Assembly (NCBI RefSeq): GCF_044324875.1
Contig: NZ_CP172185.1
Length of the DNA: 64,000 nucleotides
Direction: 5' to 3' (one strand)
DNA from: Escherichia coli
GTDB taxonomy: Bacteria; Pseudomonadota; Gammaproteobacteria; Enterobacterales; Enterobacteriaceae
Below the pieces are notes generated by a model. The model did no database searches and was not told the DNA's origin. It saw only the letters and a list, made by a program, of their open reading frames with translations. The translations under genes were made by a program, and so were the position numbers. Shown in pieces: positions 58,320-64,000 of the stretch. Numbering within the stretch: the first letter of the stretch is position 1; each line of letters begins with the position of its first letter.

Positions 58320-59885
58320 ATGTCCAGAAAGAGAAAATCCAGGAGCACTATGGAAACCTGTTTTAAGATCCTTCAGCTCAAGTTCGACAAGAAGCTGACT
58401 AACCGTTGTATCGGACTGACGTTACACATCAGCGCCTCAACCGTTTTTGAGGTTCTTGCCCGCTTCAAAGCCTCTTCTCTGTCATGGCCATTACCTGCTG
58501 ATATATCCCATGACACGCTGGAGAAACTCATTTTTCCGCCCAAAGACACCTTTGCATCAGAGCTTGTAATGCCTGACATGTTGTACTTCGATACGGAAAT
58601 GAGAAAACCAGGTGTGACGCGGCAACTGTTGTGGATGGAATACAAGGCACAGGCGGGTAACAAAGCGATGGGATACTCGCACTTCTGCCGTTGCTACCGG
58701 GAGTGGAAAAAAACGCGACGTCTCTCCATGCGCCAGGAGCATCGTGCCGGCGAAAAGCTTTTTATCGACTTCTGTGGTCCTACGGTTCCTGTTATTAATC
58801 CGGACACCGGTGAGATACGCCGCGTGGCAATCTTCGTGGCCGTAATGGGGGCGTCCAACTATACCTACGTTGAAGCGTGCGAAGGTCAGGACATGATGTC
58901 ATGGTTAAATGCCCACAGCCGTTGCCTGACCTTCCTGGGCGGCGTACCGAAGCTGCTCATCCCCGATAACCTCAGAAGCGCAGTGAAAAAGGCCGATCGA
59001 TATGAGCCTGTCATCAACGACAGTTATCAGGCACTGGCTGAGCACTATGGCACGGTTATCATCCCGGCCCGACCACGCAAACCTAAAGATAAACCAAAAG
59101 CAGAAAACGGCGTCCTCATCGTTGAACGATGGCTTCTTGCCCGCATCCGTAATGAAACCTTCCACACGCTCAGGGCGCTGAATGCGCGCCTTAGGGAGTT
59201 ACTGACAGACATGAATAACCGGCCAATGAAGGGGTACGGCAATCAAACCCGTGCAGAACGCTTCCGCATACTGGATGCGCCAGCACTCTCTCCGCTGCCT
59301 CTGGCACCTTATGAATACACGGAATACAAAGCTGTGAAGGTTGGCCCTGACTACCACGTTGAATATGCCCGTCACTGGTACTCCGTTCCACACGAACTGG
59401 TCGGTCAGCGTCTGTCACTGAAGGCGGGGCAGTCGGTGGTACAGCTCTGGCACAAGGGGCAGTGTGTGGCGCAACATCCGCGCAGCACACATGAATATAA
59501 ACACACAACCAATCCGCTTCACATGCCAGAGCGCCACCGGCAGCACGGGACATGGACACCGGAACGCCTGATCGAGCAGGGAAAACGTACGGGCCCGTCC
59601 ACAGGCCGGGTGGTTGAATCCATGCTGAAGGCAAAACCCCATCCGGAACTGGCTTATCGTGCAGTTCTGGGGCTGCTGGCACTTCAGAAAAAATACGGCC
59701 CGGAACGGCTGGAAAAGGCCTGTTACGTTGCCCTGCACTATAACGCCCCTGACAGACGCTTTATCGACAATCTGCTGCGTCACCATCGGGAGAACCTGGA
59801 GCTTCCATTATCCCGCCAGGGCGAACAACATCCGGCATATGCTTCAGAGCATGAAAACCTGCGTGGTCCGGGCTACTACCACTGA
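58320..59885 (+). CDS. istA: IS21-family transposase IstA (HTH plus DDE integrase core)
   Basis: 521 aa from ATG 58320 (SD ggagacg); integrase-core-like region (FIDFCGP...VAVMGASNYTYVEACE). Confidence 0.85.
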   Translation: MSRKRKSRSTMETCFKILQLKFDKKLTNRCIGLTLHISASTVFEVLARFKASSLSWPLPADISHDTLEKLIFPPKDTFASELVMPDMLYFDTEMRKPGVTRQLLWMEYKAQAGNKAMGYSHFCRCYREWKKTRRLSMRQEHRAGEKLFIDFCGPTVPVINPDTGEIRRVAIFVAVMGASNYTYVEACEGQDMMSWLNAHSRCLTFLGGVPKLLIPDNLRSAVKKADRYEPVINDSYQALAEHYGTVIIPARPRKPKDKPKAENGVLIVERWLLARIRNETFHTLRALNARLRELLTDMNNRPMKGYGNQTRAERFRILDAPALSPLPLAPYEYTEYKAVKVGPDYHVEYARHWYSVPHELVGQRLSLKAGQSVVQLWHKGQCVAQHPRSTHEYKHTTNPLHMPERHRQHGTWTPERLIEQGKRTGPSTGRVVESMLKAKPHPELAYRAVLGLLALQKKYGPERLEKACYVALHYNAPDRRFIDNLLRHHRENLELPLSRQGEQHPAYASEHENLRGPGYYH

Positions 59886-59901
59886 CAGAAGGAACAACAG
59901 T

Positions 59902-60657
59902 ATGAGTGATAACCTGTTAAACAAACTGACCCAACTGAAACTCCCGGCGATGGCCGGGAGCCTGATACGGCAGCGGGAAACGCCTCAGACCTACGACGAA
60001 CTGTCGTTCGAGGAAAGGCTGACGCTGCTGGTTGATGACGAGCTTCTGAGCAGGGAAAACAGCCGTGTGGCACGGTTGAGAAAAAATGCCGGCCTGAAAT
60101 ACCAGGCAACACCGGAAGGGCTGCGCTATCCGGCCTCAAGAGGTCTGCGGGCTGAACAGATGAGAGAACTGCTGAACGGCCACTACATAACCCACAGGAA
60201 AAACCTGCTGATAACCGGTCCGACAGGATGTGGCAAGAGCTGGATAGCCAATGCGCTGGGCGAACAGGCATGTCGACAGAAACACAGCGTCCGGTACTGT
60301 AGAACCGGGCGATTACTGGAACAACTGGCTCAGGGACGTGTTGATGGCAGCTGGCTGAAATATCTGAAACAGTTGCAAAAAATACAGGTTCTAATCCTGG
60401 ACGATCTGGGGCTGGAACAGTTAAGTAACGCCCAGTGTAATGACCTTCTGGAGCTCATAGAGGATCGTTACGGACAAAGCAGCACGATAGTGGTAAGCCA
60501 GTTCCCGGTAGATAAATGGCATGGTCTGATGGAGAACCCAACAACAGCAGATGCCATCCTGGACAGACTGGTACATAACTCACACCGAGTGGTCCTTCAG
60601 GGAGAGTCACTGAGGAAAAATCCCCCGGTAGTGGAAAGCAGCGAAAAAACGCGTTAA
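59902..60657 (+). CDS. istB: IS21-family helper ATPase IstB (Walker A GPTGCGKS)
   Basis: 251 aa from ATG 59902 (SD aaggaac); AAA+ IstB family. Confidence 0.85.
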   Translation: MSDNLLNKLTQLKLPAMAGSLIRQRETPQTYDELSFEERLTLLVDDELLSRENSRVARLRKNAGLKYQATPEGLRYPASRGLRAEQMRELLNGHYITHRKNLLITGPTGCGKSWIANALGEQACRQKHSVRYCRTGRLLEQLAQGRVDGSWLKYLKQLQKIQVLILDDLGLEQLSNAQCNDLLELIEDRYGQSSTIVVSQFPVDKWHGLMENPTTADAILDRLVHNSHRVVLQGESLRKNPPVVESSEKTR

Positions 60658-60808
60658 AAAGCGGTAGAAAAAGTTAAGTTCCCGGTTGATCGAATGGATG
60701 CGAATCGCTGATCGGACTTCGATGCCAATCCGTGATCGAATAGAGCGGAATACGCACATAATGTAAATATTTTATTGAACGATATATATCACAGATAATT
60801 TTTAATAT

Positions 60809-63508
60809 ATGCGTAAATATCCTTTAAGTTTACTGAAGGATAAAAATATTGTGACTTTTTTTGATTTCTGGGGAAAAACCCGACGCGGCGAGAAAGACGG
60901 GGGCGACGACTATCACCTTCTTTGCTGGCATTCGCTGGATGTAGCCGCGATGGGCTATTTAATGGTTAAAAGCAATTGCTTCGGGCTGACTGACTATTTT
61001 CGTCAACTAGGTTTCGCTGATACGGAGCAGGCAGCACAATTTTTCGCCTGGCTATTGTGCTGGCACGATACTGGAAAATTTGCCCGCTCTTTTCAGCAAC
61101 TTTACCTGCACCCACAACTCAAGGTTCCGGAAGGCGCAAGAAAGAATTACGAAAAGATCTCTCATTCAACGCTGGGCTACTGGCTGTGGCATCATTATTT
61201 AAGTGAATACGAAGAATTGCTTCCTTCATCTTCACTCTCTCCGCGCAAACTTAAACGGGTGATGGAGATGTGGATGCCCATAACTACCGGGCATCATGGT
61301 CGCCCGCCTGACCGTATTGATGAACTGGATAATTTTCTGCCTGAAGACAAAGCTGCCGCGCGAGATTTTCTTCTTGAAATCAAACCACTGTTTCCGCTCA
61401 TAGAGATCCCCGCATTCTGGGATGATGATGAGGGCATTGAACTTATAAAACACCTTTCCTGGTATATCTCTGCAACCGTCGTGCTCGCAGACTGGACGGG
61501 TTCGTCAACGCGATTTTTTCCACGCGTCGCACACCCAATGGATATTAAAGGTTACTGGCAGAAAACTTTAGTTCAGGCTCAAAACGCCTTAACCGTCTTT
61601 CCTCTAAAAGCAAAAGTCGCGCCTTTCACCGGAATTAATACGCTGTTTCCTTTTATTGAGAATCCGACACCGTTACAGCAAAAGGTGCTGGATCTGGATA
61701 TCAGCCAGCCAGGGCCACAGTTATTTATTCTGGAAGATGTGACTGGCGCAGGTAAAACGGAAGCGGCGCTTATCCTGGCGCACAGGTTGATGGCTGCGGG
61801 TAAAGCGCAGGGTTTGTTTTTTGGCCTGCCAACAATGGCAACGGCCAATGCCATGTACGATCGACTGGTCAAAACCTGGCTTGCTTTCTATTCGCCAGAG
61901 TCCCGCCCCAGCCTGGTGCTGGCACACAGTGCCCGAACATTAATGGACCGCTTTAATGAATCACTCTGGTCCGGTGATTTAGTCGGGTCAGAAGAACCGG
62001 ATGAACAAACGTTCAGTCAGGGATGTGCGGCCTGGTTTGCCGACAGTAACAAGAAGGCGCTACTGGCTGAAATTGGCGTCGGCACGCTGGATCAGGCGAT
62101 GATGGCTGTGATGCCGTTCAAACATAATAATCTGCGGCTTCTGGGACTGAGTAACAAAATCCTGCTGGCTGATGAGATCCATGCCTGTGACGCTTACATG
62201 TCATGCATTCTTGAAGGGCTGATCGAGCGGCAGGCGCGTGGCGGAAACAGCGTCATTTTGCTTTCTGCCACGTTATCTCAACAGCAGTGCGACAAACTCG
62301 TTGCTGCCTTTGCGCGTGGTACAGAGGGCCAGCAAGAAGCTCCGTTCCTGGAAAAGGATGATTACCCCTGGCTGACGCACGTTACGAAATCCGATGTGCA
62401 TTCACACCGGGTAGCGACGCGCAAAGACGTTGAGCGTAGCGTGAGCGTGGGTTGGCTTCATAGCGAACAAGAATGTATTGCGCGTATCGAATCGGCAGTA
62501 AGTCAGGGGAAATGCATCGCCTGGATCCGGAATTCTGTCGATGACGCTATTAAGGTTTATCGTCAGTTGCTTGCCCGCGGCGTCATTCCTGCTTCCAGCC
62601 TTTCTCTGTTTCATAGCCGCTTTGCTTTTAGCGATCGCCAGCGAATTGAAACGGAAACGCTGGCACGCTTCGGTAAAGAAGATAGCTCACAGCGTGCCGG
62701 AAAAGTCCTCATTTGTACTCAGGTCTTAGAGTCGAGCGTTGATTGCGATATGGACGAAATGATTTCCGACCTGGCCCCTGTTGATTTGCTGATCCAGCGA
62801 GCGGGGCGATTACAGCGGCATATCCGCGATATTAATGGTCAGTTAAAGCGTGACGGAAAAGACGAGCGTTCCCCTCCTGAATTGCTGATTCTGGCCCCCG
62901 TCTGGGACGACGCTCCAGGTGACGAATGGTTCGGCAGTGCCATGCGTAACAGTGCATATGTCTATCCCGATCATGGACGAATCTGGCTGACGCAGCGTGT
63001 ACTGCGTGAGCAAGGCGCTATTCAAATGCCACACGCAGCCCGCCTTCTTATTGAATCAGTCTACGGTGAGGACGTGGTAATGCCGGAAGGATTTGCCCGC
63101 AGCGAGCAGGAGCAAGTGGGCAAATATTACTGCGATCGCGCAATGGCTAAAAAGTTTGTGCTGAACTTCAGGCCTGGCTATGCCGCCAATATCAACGATT
63201 ACCTTCCGGAAAAGCTGTCGACACGTCTGGCGGAGGAGTCTGTTTCCCTGTGGCTGGCTACCTGTATTGCCAGTGTGGTGAAGCCTTATGCCAACGGTGC
63301 TCACGCATGGGAAATGAGCGTTGTCAGAGTGCGTCGAAGCTGGTGGAAAAAACATCGGGATGAGTTTTCTTTACTGGAAGGGGAAGCGTTCAGGCAGTGG
63401 TGCATTGAACAGCGGAAAGATCCGGAGATGGCAAACGTGATTTTAGTTACCGATGACGAAAGTTGCGGGTATTCGGCTATGGAAGGATTGACTGGCAAGG
63501 TTGGTTGA
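60809..63508 (+). CDS. cas3: Type I-E Cas3 nuclease/helicase (HD plus SF2 helicase), non-K-12 variant
   Basis: 899-aa ORF; HD motif HSLDVAA, Walker A GAGKTEAA, DExH-like DEIH; alternative GTG start at 60848 with SD aagga; sequence diverges strongly from K-12 Cas3. Confidence 0.9.
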   Translation: MRKYPLSLLKDKNIVTFFDFWGKTRRGEKDGGDDYHLLCWHSLDVAAMGYLMVKSNCFGLTDYFRQLGFADTEQAAQFFAWLLCWHDTGKFARSFQQLYLHPQLKVPEGARKNYEKISHSTLGYWLWHHYLSEYEELLPSSSLSPRKLKRVMEMWMPITTGHHGRPPDRIDELDNFLPEDKAAARDFLLEIKPLFPLIEIPAFWDDDEGIELIKHLSWYISATVVLADWTGSSTRFFPRVAHPMDIKGYWQKTLVQAQNALTVFPLKAKVAPFTGINTLFPFIENPTPLQQKVLDLDISQPGPQLFILEDVTGAGKTEAALILAHRLMAAGKAQGLFFGLPTMATANAMYDRLVKTWLAFYSPESRPSLVLAHSARTLMDRFNESLWSGDLVGSEEPDEQTFSQGCAAWFADSNKKALLAEIGVGTLDQAMMAVMPFKHNNLRLLGLSNKILLADEIHACDAYMSCILEGLIERQARGGNSVILLSATLSQQQCDKLVAAFARGTEGQQEAPFLEKDDYPWLTHVTKSDVHSHRVATRKDVERSVSVGWLHSEQECIARIESAVSQGKCIAWIRNSVDDAIKVYRQLLARGVIPASSLSLFHSRFAFSDRQRIETETLARFGKEDSSQRAGKVLICTQVLESSVDCDMDEMISDLAPVDLLIQRAGRLQRHIRDINGQLKRDGKDERSPPELLILAPVWDDAPGDEWFGSAMRNSAYVYPDHGRIWLTQRVLREQGAIQMPHAARLLIESVYGEDVVMPEGFARSEQEQVGKYYCDRAMAKKFVLNFRPGYAANINDYLPEKLSTRLAEESVSLWLATCIASVVKPYANGAHAWEMSVVRVRRSWWKKHRDEFSLLEGEAFRQWCIEQRKDPEMANVILVTDDESCGYSAMEGLTGKVG

Positions 63509-63605
63509 GATGCCTGCGACAGGGCTCTCTGAATAGTTGATACACCGAAAAGGATGGAATGATGGACAACCGACCTGGGATGGTCTTTTTTACGAGAGGA
63601 TGCGT

Positions 63606-64000
63606 ATGAACTCGTTTTCACTTCTGACAACCCCGTGGTTGCCCGTTCGTTATAAAGACGGAACGACAGGCAAACTGGCGCCTGTCGATCTGGCGGATGA
63701 AAATGTTGTCGATATTGCTGCGCCACGGGCAGATCTCCAGGGAGCGGCATGGCAGTTTTTGCTGGGGCTACTACAAACCAGCTTTGCGCCAAAAGATCAT
63801 CGTCGTTGGGATGATATCTGGGAAGACGGACTGGAATCTGAAAAGCTACGGGAAGCATTGCTGTCCTTAGAACACGCTTTCCAGTTTGGGCCAGATTCCC
63901 CTTCATTTATGCAGGATTTCGAGGCGCTCACAGGAGATAAAGTTCAGGTCGCTTCGCTACTGCCTGAGATTCCCGGCGCTCAAACAACGAAGTTTAATAA
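63606..64000 (+). CDS. cse1: Cse1/CasA (Cascade large subunit), 5' partial, runs off the window end
   Basis: ATG 63606 with SD gagagga; MNSFSLLTTPWLPVRYKDGTTGKLAPVDLAD... (compare K-12 CasA MNLLIDNWIPVRPRNGG); open to the window end. Confidence 0.75.
   Translation, partial: MNSFSLLTTPWLPVRYKDGTTGKLAPVDLADENVVDIAAPRADLQGAAWQFLLGLLQTSFAPKDHRRWDDIWEDGLESEKLREALLSLEHAFQFGPDSPSFMQDFEALTGDKVQVASLLPEIPGAQTTKFN

Larger units (their letters stand above)
58111..60763 (+). mobile_element. IS21-family insertion sequence (about 2.65 kb) with istA and istB and multiple terminal TTTGGCAT repeats
   Basis: Left end CATAATGTGCAAAATGGCAT followed by six (A/T)TTGGCAT repeats in 58121-58250; right end ...GATGCCAATCCGTGATCGAATAGAGCGGAATACGCACATAATG is an imperfect inverted copy; two tandem genes with IS21 transposase and helper architecture. 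Confidence 0.85.

Noticed and set aside
58111-60763. Clean target-site duplication for the IS21-family element
   Set aside because: Flanks (...TTTGATTATT versus TAAATATTTT...) give no unambiguous 4-8-bp direct repeat by eye; boundaries left approximate.

Overview
This 64-kb window is an Escherichia coli-type chromosomal segment. Gene order matches the K-12 gcvA–fuc–sdaCB–csrB–gud–barA–relA–pyrG–eno–queE–CRISPR2–ygc–cysJIH–cas3 region in reverse orientation, and the GcvB and CsrB sRNAs and the CRISPR leader match K-12 as I recall them. The strain is not K-12, however. Core content: ygdI, GcvB sRNA (minus), gcvA, ygdD, rlmM, fucR/U/K/I/P (minus) and fucA/O (plus), xni, sdaB, sdaC, ppnN, queF, syd, a UvrY box plus CsrB sRNA, yqcC, truC, yqcA, gudP/X/D, barA, rlmD, relA, mazG, pyrG, eno, queE, the ygcE–ygcN island, queD and cysJIH.

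Accessory and unusual content:
- A four-gene operon between eno and queE: one LemA-family lipoprotein plus three paralogous TPM-domain (YgcG-like) membrane proteins, all with a Gly/Ser tail ending in SGRW.
- Two type I-E CRISPR arrays (4 spacers plus a degenerate remnant) about 20 kb from the cas genes.
- A near-palindromic ygc control region at about 44.56–44.83 kb with twin leader terminators, twin CRP-like sites and a shared 25-nt leader motif. It is a strong candidate target for the GlpP-family RNA antiterminator homolog YgcP.
- An in-frame TGA inside the FixC-like gene ygcN.
- An intact HokE-like type I toxin gene downstream of cysH that the ORF track missed.
- An IS21-family element (istA/istB, multiple TTTGGCAT terminal repeats) inserted 45 bp upstream of a non-K-12 cas3/cse1 variant.
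- No mazEF between relA and mazG.

All calls are by eye from the sequence and from memory of families; no searches were run.
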